Source: Podarcis muralis (taxonomy: Eukaryota). From it: 64,000 nucleotides of DNA. The DNA is taken from the NCBI RefSeq assembly GCF_964188315.1, contig NC_135659.1, positions 13,020,001-13,084,000 of the forward strand, in the 5' to 3' direction. The first letter of the stretch is position 1; every line of letters begins with the position of its first letter. Below the pieces are notes generated by a model that was not told the DNA's origin, made no database searches, and worked only from the letters and a program-made list of their open reading frames with translations. Shown piece after piece: positions 36,572-47,720 of the stretch. Both the position numbers and the translations under genes were made by a program.

Positions 36572-37534
36572 GCAGCTTCTTGGACTTCAAAGGCAGGGAG
36601 ATATTGATGGTGGCAGCAGTGAGCGACTAGATTCCTCAAAAGTACCTCTCCCTTGAGTAAATCCTCTGTTTGCCACACCATACTTGGGGTCAAGCGAGGA
36701 TTGTTTATTGTGAGTAAAAAGAGCACACCTAGGGGATCTTTCCTCCATACAAAGCAAATCTTTTGCACATAGAAAAATAAATGTCAGAGAACGGCTGGCC
36801 TTCTCCTGCTATGTATTTTATTATCATTTTGATGTCTCCCACCCTGCTTACCATGTGGGACACTACTGACACGGTTCAGTAGAAAAAGCACTCGGACCCC
36901 AGAGCAAAGAAAACCAATGCTGTTTAAATGCACATTTCACTTAGGCAGTGAAATAAAGTAGAAATTCAATTTTACAACTCCTCTCTCTGTGTGTACATGC
37001 CTTGTGAGTCATAAGTGGGCACCTCTGAGAAGTTTCTCTGCAGATTGGCCCTTAGTCACTGAACAATCAGCTGAAGTGCTGTCCCGTATATGAGCCATTA
37101 GCACTTCCTTTTCTTTGAAGAAACGTTCCATTAGATGTCCTGTTGAGCAAATAAGAAGTCTCTTGGGCGTAATGAACAAAAGAACAATGCCTCTAGAAAT
37201 GCAAGCCAGTGACTAAATATTAACTATCTATAGACAGTTTGCATGCTTGGAATGCTGATTTCTAAAACCATCTTATCTTTCTGGTACCAGATGTACTTCC
37301 CATACCCATATCCGCATATATTTCAGACTACTTGGGCAACAGAGATATAAAATTGCCCACAAATGGTTTGCTCATAATTTTTCTCGAAGAGGGGAATTAT
37401 TCATTGGTGCAAAGCCAGCTATCATTTGAAATGCCTCCATCTATCCACTTTGTCATAGGTTATGAGACTATCCATCAGGCCAGAGGTTTAGAAGCAACCT
37501 AAGCAAGGAAGTAACTGTTTACAGATTACTATAA

Positions 37535-37896
37535 AAATGTAAAGGAGCCCTGACAGTTAAGTCCAGTTGCGAATGACTCTGGGGTTGCGATGCTCATCTC
37601 ATTTTACTGGCCAAGGGAGCCGGCATTTGTCCGCAGACAGTTTTTCTGGGTCATGTGGCCAGCATGACTAAGCTGCTTCTGGCGAAACCAGAGCAGCGCA
37701 CAGAAATGCCGTTTACCTTCCTGCCAGAGCGGTACCTATTTATCTACCTGTACTTTGACGTGCTTTCGAACTGCTAGGTTGGCAGGAGCTGGGACCAAGC
37801 AATGGGAGCTCACCCTGTTGTGGGGATTCGAACCGCCGACCTTCTGATCGGCAAACCCAAGGCTCAGTGGTTTACACCACAGTGCCACCCGCATCC
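37535..37896 (-). mobile_element. Sauria SINE
   Basis: Full body; TSD TACAGATTACTATA/TACACATTACTATA. Confidence 0.9.
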
Positions 37897-38934
37897 CTAC
37901 ACATTACTATACTGAAGCATAAATTTTGGACCACCCAAATCCTATACCCCTGCTTCTGGAAGACTATTTTCCGGGTCCTGTAGCATTGTGTCCGGTTCAA
38001 AGTTTTGTTTTTATGTTCCATCATCCTCGGACATAAGGCACCTAATAAAACGAGAACTGAAGCCTTGCACATCAGTCTTGGGCCAACATAAACACACTGG
38101 CCCATAGAAGATTGTGCTCTATGAGCATTAATGACCAGACCAGTCCTGTTTAAAACTTTACCTCCTTTTCTCCGGCTCACCACCTTCCACCCTTGTTCTC
38201 TTCTCAGGATCTCCCACCCCATTCTATCATGATATTTTTACTGTTTATACCCCACATATCTTACTGGGTTGCCCCAGCCACTCTGGGCAGCTTCCAGCAT
38301 ATATAAAAACATAATAAAACATGAAACTTTTTTTAAAAAAAACTTCCCAATACAGGATTGCCTTCAGATGGCTTGAGAGGCAGATAACACCACCACCACA
38401 TTTATCTGATGAAAATAAGGACATCCTAAGGAAAAGTGGGACATTCCAGGGTCAAATCAGAAGCCGGGATGGCTTCTCTAAATCCAGGGCTGTCCCTGGG
38501 AAATAGGGACACTTGGAGGGTCAGTTTGGGGGATTTTTTTGCTGAAAAGGATCTGCAAACTAGGAACCAACTTCAGAATTTCATCAAACCAGCTCAGGTC
38601 ATTTTGTTTGTGTGTGTGTTTTAATAGTATTTACAGTCTCTGTAACATAATGGTGCAAAACTTTCAAAATTTTGGGGAAGGAAGCCATTCCTTCATTTAT
38701 TTATTTTAAGCCCTAAGCACTATTTACTCTGAGGTAAATAAATGTGCCACACTGCATAGGATACCCAAATAAGTACAGTAACCTGTTCTGTGAGCTTGCT
38801 TATTCATTCATTCATTTATGCATTTATTTATTTGTCTTAAACACCACCCTTCACCCAAAGACCACAAGGCAGCTTTTAGTGTCAAAAAACAAAACAAAGC
38901 AAAGCAAAACAAAACAAAACAAAATCATTCTTCT

Positions 38935-39780
38935 TCAGAGAAGAATGGCAGATTCAAAGTTGATGGACTATGCCAATTTGTCAAAAAATGACCAGAAGGA
39001 TCAGAAACCAGGAAGACAAAAAAATGGAAAAAAGTCCCAGCAAAGGAAGAATGGATACAAAAACTTATAGAATATGCAGAAATGGTGAAACTTACTGGGA
39101 GAATAAGAAATCAAAATAATGTTTTTTTTAACAAAGTGGAAATGGTTTATTGACTATTTACAGATAAATTGTAAGCAGATAAAAACATTGGCAGGATTAT
39201 TGTAATAACCTGCTGTTTCCTAAGAGTATATATTTAAAGAAGACGAATAAATGAACAAATTAAGTTAATTTGGATATGCAGAAGATATTTAAAATAAATT
39301 TAAGGAACCACAGAAAGTGGGGGAAGGAAGTCAAGTTTTGAAATGTCATAATGATTATAAAATTAGTGAAATGTATAAACTTGAAAAGTATAATTTTTTT
39401 AGACCAAAATTTCAATAAGGAATGGGGAAAATGTATAATTTACCTTAAAAACCATTGCAAACAATTGAAATTATTAGTTGAAATGGAATTATATTTGTAG
39501 TGTAATGTTGAAGAAGAGTGAGAAGAATCTTTCTTCTGATTCTTGAAATTATTAGGATTCGAATGACACTTGTAGTTTAATGTTGATTTTTTTTTGCGTT
39601 TGGACTTTTAAAAGATTTGGATGAACAGACAAGATGCATGAGGGAAAGGTTAATATAAAGACCCACAAAGGGCAGGAGGGAAGTTCAGGAAATTCTTCGA
39701 GATTCTTTTTATTTTGGTTGTTTGGTAATTGTTTGTGAACTGTCAAAATCTGTAAAAACTAAATAATATATTTTTTTTTA
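38935..39780 (+). mobile_element. L1-clade 3' remnants
   Basis: Degenerate ORF2 end (EYAEMVKLTGRIRNQ) and AT-rich 3' UTR shared with 55640-56170. Confidence 0.6.
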
Positions 39781-39829
39781 AATAGAGAATTTATTTTTCA
39801 AAAACGACAAAAAAAAGCTAAAGAAAACC

Positions 39830-40460
39830 AACGCGCCAACGGCAACCACGCGCGCGAGCGCGCCAAAAAAAACCGCCACAGAGGTGCCGACCGTTACTCG
39901 AATCTTTCTAACGGCCCTTCGCGCGCTTTCTGTCCAACCAGGGACTCGCGCGGTAAGGCGTGAGCCAATGAGCGCTCGCCGTTCTGCGAGGGCCGTTTGT
40001 CTCCATTCCGAGCGAGGCTATTCCTGAGGGGAGTGAGGGAAAGAGAGGCGCCGTTTTCACCTCGCTCGTCGTTTTCTCTCTGCGCGCAAGCGGGGCTAGT
40101 GGGGGGCGGGAGGTATCCTGCGCTACTCTCCCTTTGGGCAGAGCTGGGCCATGGCGTCGTCGTCGCCGCCTAAATCGGGCTGCTTTGCGGGCGAGTTGGC
40201 CGAGGTGGAGATCGACTCCGACGGCTGTTTCAAGTACATCCTGGTGCGGGTGCAGCGCGGAGGCAGCGGCCAAGGCGGTGGCCAAAGTGGTGGCCAAGAA
40301 GGCTGCAGTCCCGGCCGCATTGGCAGCCCAAGCCGCGGCGGCGGCAGCCCAAGCCGTGGCGGCGAGTGCAGAGACATCGTGAGGGGGACCGCTTCCGCCG
40401 AGTTGCACAGTGAGAGATGAGATTTTACACGACGCCTTCGCACCCCCCCGGCCAGGCGGC
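39830..40460. promoter_or_regulatory. CpG island promoter and exon 1 of the PHPT1-like gene
   Basis: Dense CpG, GC-rich; CCAAT near 39964, GC box near 40101, CGCGCG repeats. Confidence 0.85.
40151..40409 (+). CDS. PHPT1-like (14 kDa phosphohistidine phosphatase, Janus/Ocnus family) exon 1
   Basis: EVEIDSDGCFKYILVRV...DIVRGTASAELH, compared with human PHPT1 DVDIDSDGVFKYVLIRV...EIVRGYKWAEYH; phase-1 GTGAGA donor right after the catalytic His codon. Confidence 0.92.
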
Positions 40461-40787
40461 TCACAAATTGGGAAATAAGACATAAGCGTTTCTCGCTCAA
40501 TCCACCACTTTGCGAATTGTTATTAGGGACTCTTTAAGAGATAAAAGAATAACAGCTAGAAACATTTGGCGGGGGTCAGGAAGGTGAAATCATAAAAAAG
40601 CCACAGATAAAAATAGTATCTAGAAACATTTTGCGGCGGGGAAGAGGTTGGGGGAGGGGAAATGATTAAAAAAAACACCACAGATAAAAATAATAGCTAG
40701 AAACATTTGGGGGGAGAGAACCATTTTTTAAAGCAAAAAAGTAACAAACTGGGCAGGGAGTGAGAGGTGGGGGACAATCATTTAAAA

Positions 40788-40923
40788 CAGACATAGGCAA
40801 CCTTTGGGCCGCCAGATGTTTTGGACTACAACTCCCACCATCCCTGACCACTGTTTCTGTTAGCTAGGGATCATGGGAGTTGTAGACCAAAACATCTGGA
40901 GGGCCAAAGGTTGCCTATGCCTG
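40788..40923. mobile_element. Palindromic hAT MITE
   Basis: CAGACATAGGCAACCTTTGG...CCAAAGGTTGCCTATGCCTG. Confidence 0.85.
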
Positions 40924-41088
40924 ATTTCTAAAAACCATTGATAAAAATAACAGCTAGAAATTGTGTGTGTGGGGGGGGAGTTAAAAAAAGCCACACAGAT
41001 ACAGAAACATTTGGTGGGGTGGAGGTGGCGACAATATATTTAAAAAAAACAAACACCCACAGATAACAGATATACCGTCCATTTAAAC

Positions 41089-41221
41089 CACTGGTTCTCA
41101 ACATGTGGGTCCCCAGATGTTGGACTACATCTGATCATCCCTGAGCTCTGGCCTTGCTAGCTAGGGGTGATGGGAGTTGTAGTTCAACAACATCTGGGGA
41201 CCCACAGGTTGAGAAAGTCTG
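41089..41221. mobile_element. Palindromic hAT MITE
   Basis: 8-bp TSD ATTTAAAC at 41081-41088 and 41222-41229. Confidence 0.85.
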
Positions 41222-42202
41222 ATTTAAACCATTTGAATATGGGCTCCCCCCTGAGCCTCAAAAATTACTGAAGGGTGCTAAAAAATAATTAACGAGGTTC
41301 TGCACCACCACTGCCCTGGCAGAAGCCTGAGCCCCCCCCCCCCCCCGTGTAACATGGGCGTAGCCAATGATTTTTATATCAATAAAAATGCACAGCTAAC
41401 AGGTTGGGCCCCCCCAATAAAAGGCCTGCCCCACCTAGCAAATATCCTGGTTATGCCCATGCCCTGGTGGGGACATTCCCCCCCAAAAGATCAACAACTT
41501 TTATTTTGCCCCACCCCCCAAAACATAATTACAATAAAAACGGCATGGTGTCCACCCTTTAAATAAAAGTCTGTTAGTTTCCCAAAGCCTGTTGGAAGAA
41601 GAGTGCAAACGTGTGTCTGCGTTGCCACCCAGCAATTTTTGTTCTGTTGCTTTGTCTCGCTTGTGGGAAGACGGAACATGGCTGGGCTTCTTTCTGCTTG
41701 CTGAAGATTTGCATAAATACACTTGCCAGCACCTTGGCTGGGGATAATTCAGGACTTCTGTGACACCTAGAAAAATGAAATTTGATGCACTGGAGTCCAG
41801 CGGGGTACTACAAACACTAGAAAATGGAAGTATGATTGTTTCTTTTAAGGGCGGGGGAGAGATCCCAAAATAAATTGAAATATGATAAACTTTGTAGTCC
41901 CAGTTAGAAGACTTAAATACTAGGCCATATGTATGGTTCACGTACAAGAGTATGAACTAATGCAGGTATAAAGTTAGGGAAACCCAGCCAGATGGGTGGG
42001 GTTTAAATAATAAACTATTATTAAAATTTGAAACTCCTGCCCTAAAGGAAAGTGTTAAGATGCCTTCACAACCCCCTATATGTTCCTAAAATGCTTTTTT
42101 AAAGGGGGGTGGGGAACCATCCGAACCCCCCGATATTTTTCCTTATTTTGAGCCGGCCTGAATACACCTGTTTAGCTGCCCAGCGTATTACATATAGCAG
42201 TA

Positions 42203-42690
42203 GAAATAAATAAAAAAATTGTCCAGTAGCACCTTAGAGACCAACTAAGTTTGTTCTGTGTATAAGCTTTTGTGTGCATGCACACTTCTTCAGATACACT
42301 GAAACAGAAGTCACCAGACCCTTGTATATAGTGGGGTGGAGTATTTTTCAGAAGTAGTAGGAGATGGGTGATTGACTCAATGGGTATAGGAAAAAGCAAG
42401 GGATAGTATGCAGATGACAAAAAATAGCTTTAGCATGTATAATGAGACAAGAATCCAGTATCTCTATTCAGACCTGGTCTCCATAGTTTAGTAATAAGTT
42501 GTAATTCAGCAACTTCTCTCGTCTATTTCTGAAATTCCTTTGTAATAAGACAGCTGCTCTGTGATCTTGTACTGAATGTCCTGGGAGATTGAAGTGTGCT
42601 ACTGGTTTCTCTGTCTTGTGATTCCAATCTGACATCAGGAATCACAAGACAGAGAAACCAGTAGGAAAACATTTCAATCTTCCAGAACGT
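42203..42690 (-). mobile_element. Penelope-like element fragment (GIY-YIG C-terminus plus pLTR with mutated hammerhead)
   Basis: Minus-strand peptide HFNLPGHSVQDHRAAVLLQRNFRN / EVAELQLITKL..PGLNRDTGFLSHY; pLTR GTAGCACCTTAGAGACCAACT; 27-bp inverted junction at 42600-42664. Confidence 0.85.
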
Positions 42691-43374
42691 TCAATAAAAA
42701 GGTGCTTTTAGTGAAAAGGTGCTTTTAGATAGGGGTGTAATGCTGTAAAAATGGGTCAGCGAAATATCACAATTGGGTCATAAATAACAGGTTTTGTTTA
42801 ATGTACTGAACCTTCCCCTAGAAAGGGTAGATTTGGACGAAATTGGGGAGGGAGGGAGATACAGACTGGGATTTTGATGGTATTGACAGTGAGATACTGT
42901 GGAAATCTTAACGCATGAGTAGCACTAATCCCATATTGAACACACAACTTGAATCACTCAAAAGTCCTTTACAACCATACCTTATTCTTCTGATAATCCT
43001 AGGAAGTAAGTCACTGCTAATGCCATTTTACAGAAGATGGACTGAGAATAAAATACTGTACGCTTGCCCATGGCCATTCAGTGAAATCCAATAATGCGGT
43101 TCTCCCAGGCTCAAGTACAACTAGTCACTGAATTTCTCTATTCTAGTGGGGGTTTTCCCCTCAATTGCTAAATAAGAAAAGATGAGGAGCACCGACCTTT
43201 GTAATAATTCCTGACGTCTTTCGGCCTGAACCACCCATGTTAAAAATGCTCCAAATCTGTATAGTTGTAACGTATTAAATGCTAACGTTCAAATGAGGCA
43301 TAATTATTTTTGTACTTCAGGTATTTCCACCTTTATTTTTATAAGGTATTCTTAGTACTATCATTGTTTTGTAG

Positions 43375-43499
43375 ATCACATATATGAAAAGATATGTTCT
43401 GAAATGGAAAAGATGGGCTGTATGTGCAAGTGTCTTGGAGGAGGAAAAATTGAGCACAATAGCAGAGACAAAAAAATCCATGTATCTGGTGTTTCTCCA
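43375..43499 (+). CDS. PHPT1-like exon 2
   Basis: (N)[41 protein letters not shown], compared with [42 protein letters not shown]; 125 bp, TTTTGTAG/GTAAGT. Confidence 0.93.
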
Positions 43500-44369
43500 G
43501 TAAGTGTTGTATACATCCAGTTTCTAAATATGACGATTCACTTTGCAAATATGTTAGTAATTAATGATAATGTCACAAAAATGTGTTTCATATTGGTCTC
43601 TGAGAAGAAGCAGACAATTTTACGAATTACATAATACTGAAAGAACTTGAATATTTGTTTAGTATGTGAATGTCAGTCATTTCATAATCCACTAAGAAAT
43701 ATACTTTTACAGGAAACAAGAAATTACTTGTATTATTTTAAAGCTTTATGAATAAAATATCGAATTCTTCAAAATAAATCCCTATGAAAATACATTTTTT
43801 AAATTAAGTTGCTACAAAAGCTCAGGGCAGGTGACAGCATCCTAAAACAAGCTAGTAAAATGACCTGTGAGAAGAGCCACAGAATCAGTCAAGACTGGTT
43901 TGCTGAAGTCCAGCATCTACAACTATATTGGCTATTTAAAGGTTGCTAATAAGAGGTCCAGACTTTTCACATGCAAGGGAGAGCCAGTCTTACCACAATT
44001 TTAAATGAGCTTCAAAAAAACAAAACAAAACAAAAAACCTCTCGAATATCTAGCATGAGGAAGAGTTTTGGAGATCTTAAAAGCTTGTAAATGGTTTTGT
44101 TAAATTTTGATTGCCCTAATACGGATTTAGGATGGTGTAGGAACTGTTATATATTCTTACTGCACTTGTTTTCCCCACTACTCTTGGAGATAGCACAGGA
44201 GAGATTTTCCTCCCTCATTTTTCTTTTCGTTTCCCAAGCATGTCTTACTATCATAGGGGGGGGGGGAGTAATCTGGCCTTTTGGGTAGAGAACAGAGAGA
44301 AAAGATCCCAATTGATAAAAACGATGTGGTGCACTTAGGTACTTATTAAACAAATGAAAAATGAGATTG

Positions 44370-44562
44370 GTAATCATATGTTGTCTGCCCTCCCACCAGA
44401 TGTCAAAGAGAACAACTACTACCAGACTTATAGAAGACATCTGAAGGCAGCCCTGTTTAGGGAAGCTTTTAATGTTTGGTGTATTAGAGTATTTTAATAT
44501 TTTTGGGGGGGAAGCCCAGCCAGATGGGCGGGGTATAAATAATAAATTATTATTATTACTAT
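44370..44562 (+). mobile_element. L2 3' end
   Basis: AGAAGACATCTGAAGGCAGCCCTGTTTAGGGAAGC...GGGTATAAATAATAAATTATT. Confidence 0.82.
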
Positions 44563-44647
44563 TATTTGAAGAAATTCTAGCAAGAATCTTTAGCACACAC
44601 ATTTTCTCTTTAGGAGTAATAATTTTGTGCATTCTTCTTTCCTACAG

Positions 44648-44734
44648 GCATATGGTAAAGCTGATCATTCCATGACTGTGGCAATACTGAAGAAAACGTT
44701 TAAGGATTATGACATTAGTTGTTCAGATGACTAG
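44648..44734 (+). CDS. PHPT1-like exon 3 (stop)
   Basis: AYGKADHSMTVAILKKTFKDYDISCSDD*, compared with [37 protein letters not shown] acceptor. Total protein 156 aa. Confidence 0.92.
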   Translation, partial: AYGKADHSMTVAILKKTFKDYDISCSDD

Positions 44735-44841
44735 TGAACCGTTGCTTTGCAGTCTAAAATTTAAAGTCAGTTTGTTCTTGGTTCTTTTCAACATAATTCT
44801 AAGCTTCCACCAAAATGTGTAATGTATTTAGCTTAATGCTG

Positions 44842-44847
44842 AATAAA
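44842..44847 (+). terminator. Poly(A) signal of the PHPT1-like gene
   Basis: First AATAAA after the stop codon (107 nt downstream). Confidence 0.65.
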
Positions 44848-47112
44848 AACTTTGACTGAATTTGTTGGTGCTTGATTCAAAAAACGTTTTAAAAGTACTT
44901 CTGATCTTGTGAAATTCCACTATAAGCATTTTAAATATTGTAAGAGGCAATTCCTACCCACAACCTAACCCAAAGTGGTGTGATCAGTTTAAAAACAATG
45001 TACTGTAGAGCTTAGTCTGCTCTTAGTGAATGGGAATACAGTACAGTACTTTCATGGCGTGAAATAGATTCTTGAGTTCTGTCTACATCTTTCCTGTGGA
45101 AGCCCTTTCTAGTTGGTGGAACTTTATTAATCATAGAGCGGAGATCAACTTTTCCTTATCTGCTTGATTAGATAGGGAGAAGGGGGAAGGTTGTGGCTCA
45201 AGTGGCTGCAGTATCAACAATTCTTTATGCTTCTTGGACAGAGAACGAGAATCCAACTTCACCCTGCATTTCTTACTGAGGGGAGAAGGATCATGGATGG
45301 GAGAACATCCCCTGGGCACTAAGAGCCAAGGAGCAAAGCTTGGTCCGTTTCTGACTTCTAATGGCATAAGGACTACAGTGGGCATGGTGGACGTATTAGG
45401 TCAAAGCCTAAGAATTCTGTTCATGGATTTGCAAATTGATGGTGAGAGGCCTTGAGGCAAGCATGCATCCTAAAATTCAGGGATCAATCCATTTTAAAAG
45501 GACACAAAACACATCTAACTCAACAGACTGCCCCTACTTGTTAGTTTAGGCCTTAGGGTTACCAATACAGTATACTTTTTAAAGGTCCAGATAGTATCCC
45601 AATAATTATTAAGCCTAAAACAGTTTTTAAAAAACTTATGATAGGTTCAATCCCTAGTAACGTGATCCAGAACTAGTTTGGGTAGGGATAGAATGTGGAA
45701 TTAACCTCTAGTAGCAGAGCCTTGTAGCAGTAAAGATAATTTATTAAAATAATCTAAGCATTTCAAAGGTAAAAAGCTGAACAAGATAATTTTTTAAAAA
45801 GTCCACGAAAATAAAAATGGGTCTGGGCAAATGCTTGGCCACTTTATGGATTGCAGAAAATATTTTTCAAAATTCACTCTAAAAGGGGATGCGTTCCAAA
45901 AATAATGTCTTGAAGATGCAGTCCATGCTGGCAGTCAAGGTGAAGTCTCCCAAATCCAGGCAGTCGATTTCTACCTAAGATTACCTTCACCTATGGAATC
46001 AGCTGATCGTTTCCCCTTTTCATCTGCATTTCAGAACCTGAAGGAGTGGCACAAGGTAGACTTTGCAGAGCTCTTGTGCCTCAAGTACACAAGGGAGTTC
46101 TTGTTACTGGTAATTTACTCCAGTCTCTAAAGCAGAGGTGGGGAACCTGTGACTTCTAGAAGTTATTGTACTCCCAGCTCCAGCAGTCCCAGGCAGCATT
46201 GCCACTGTTCAGAGATTATGGGTGTTGCAGTCCATCAATCAGCATCTGAAGGACCACAGGTCCTTCATCTAAATCCAAGCAATCTAGGCAGATTAGGGAC
46301 TGCATGTCATTCTCTCAACTCTCAGGGCATGTAAGAACATCACTGTTGATTGAAAACATGGTGCAACTACTTTTAAGAAGAACCTGCTGGATCAGGCCAA
46401 TGGCCCATCTAGGCCTGTATCCTGTTTTTGCAGCTGCTGACCAGTTGCACATGGGAAACCAGCAAGCAAGATCTGACCACAAGAGCACTCTTCCCCTCCT
46501 GTGGTTTCCAACAACTGGTAAAAAAGGTAAAGGACCCCTGACAGTTACTGCTATTCAGAAACATTGCTGCCTCAGCTTTATTTCTGTTGAAGCACACCTC
46601 TGGGAAAGGTTTTTTTCCCCAATTTGTCTTCTGTCTGGCACTGGCAAAGGTCCCCCCTTGGGGTGATACTGCTACTGAACTTCCTAGTCAATTTTGCTTT
46701 CCGCCGCTAAAGGAGAAAACATATATCGCACGAACATTATATATTATGGTCCAAAACCCCACAAAAAACAGCGTTGAAAGCAAAATGCAGCAGATACAGG
46801 GAAAAGATTCTAATGCAGTCACTATGTTTTATCCAGAGCATGTTGATTTCTTTTTCTTATTACCTCCGAGAGAAATTTTGCCACGGTAATATCATTTGAC
46901 TTACCTTTGAGAAGATACTTGAGACAGAAGGTATCAGAATTTCTAGGTAAATTTACCAATAAGGATTTAATTAACTGATGCCTGCCTTGTTCATACAGCC
47001 CACAGTGTAGTAGAATATAAACAGTCTATTTTGATAAGGCTTTTCAGCTGATAAGGCTTTTCAGACCATAGTTTTTGACCATGAGCTGATTGACTCCATT
47101 GGTTAAACTTAA

Positions 47113-47320
47113 AAGGTAAAGGACCCCTGGACGGTTAAGTCCAGACACAGGCAACTATGGGGTTGCGGTGCTCATCTCACTTTCAGGCCGAGGGAGCCAA
47201 CGTTTGTCCACAGACAGCTTTCCCGGTCGTGGCCAGCAGGACCAAACCACTTCTGGCAAACAAAACACGGTGACGGAAGCCAGATTGCACAGAAACACTG
47301 TTTACTTTCCCGCCACAGTA
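47113..47320 (-). mobile_element. Partial Sauria SINE (3' half)
   Basis: AAAGGTAAAGGACCCCTGGACGGTTAAGTCC...TTTACTTTCCCGCC. Confidence 0.82.
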
Positions 47321-47439
47321 ATCCCTTTCCCAGGCCAAATACCGAAATCTTTAATCAGTATTTCAAGGGAGCCTACCACACTTTGATGGAAAGTGCGCAT
47401 TCACATGTGTTCAGAAATAGAATTGAATTAGGAACACAG

Positions 47440-47720
47440 TTTGGAACCTGAAGTAGGGACCAAAGGAACTTTGCCTGGAACCCTAGCTGCATTTTCCCAG
47501 CCCAAGTATGGGAGAACCATTTTAAAACAGTATTTACTGACAATTTCCCCTATTTGTGATGATTACTCTGCAGAGCTGACAAAACTTCCACTTTACTCCG
47601 GTTATGGTAGAAGAAGTCTGTGTATTAATTAGAAACCTGAAGAGCAGTAAGGCCCTGGGAAATGACTTTGTCCCAGCTGGGTTGATCACATCAAACCAGT
47701 TATCAAACCCCCATGACTTG
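47440..47720 (+). mobile_element. Ancient LINE RT remnant
   Basis: PVMVEEVCVLIRNLKSSKALGNDFVPAGLI resembles the EEV..I..LK..KAPG.D RT N-terminal motif. Confidence 0.55.

Noticed and set aside
39908-40500. 191-aa Ala-rich and 125-aa minus-strand ORFs over the CpG island
   Set aside because: Antisense shadows of the GC-rich PHPT1-like exon 1; the Ala runs mirror its Gly/Ser repeat, with no independent homology.
45131-45455. Overlapping short ORFs downstream of the PHPT1-like gene, considered as an extra exon or gene
   Set aside because: Beyond the poly(A) signal, with no convincing splice sites or homology.
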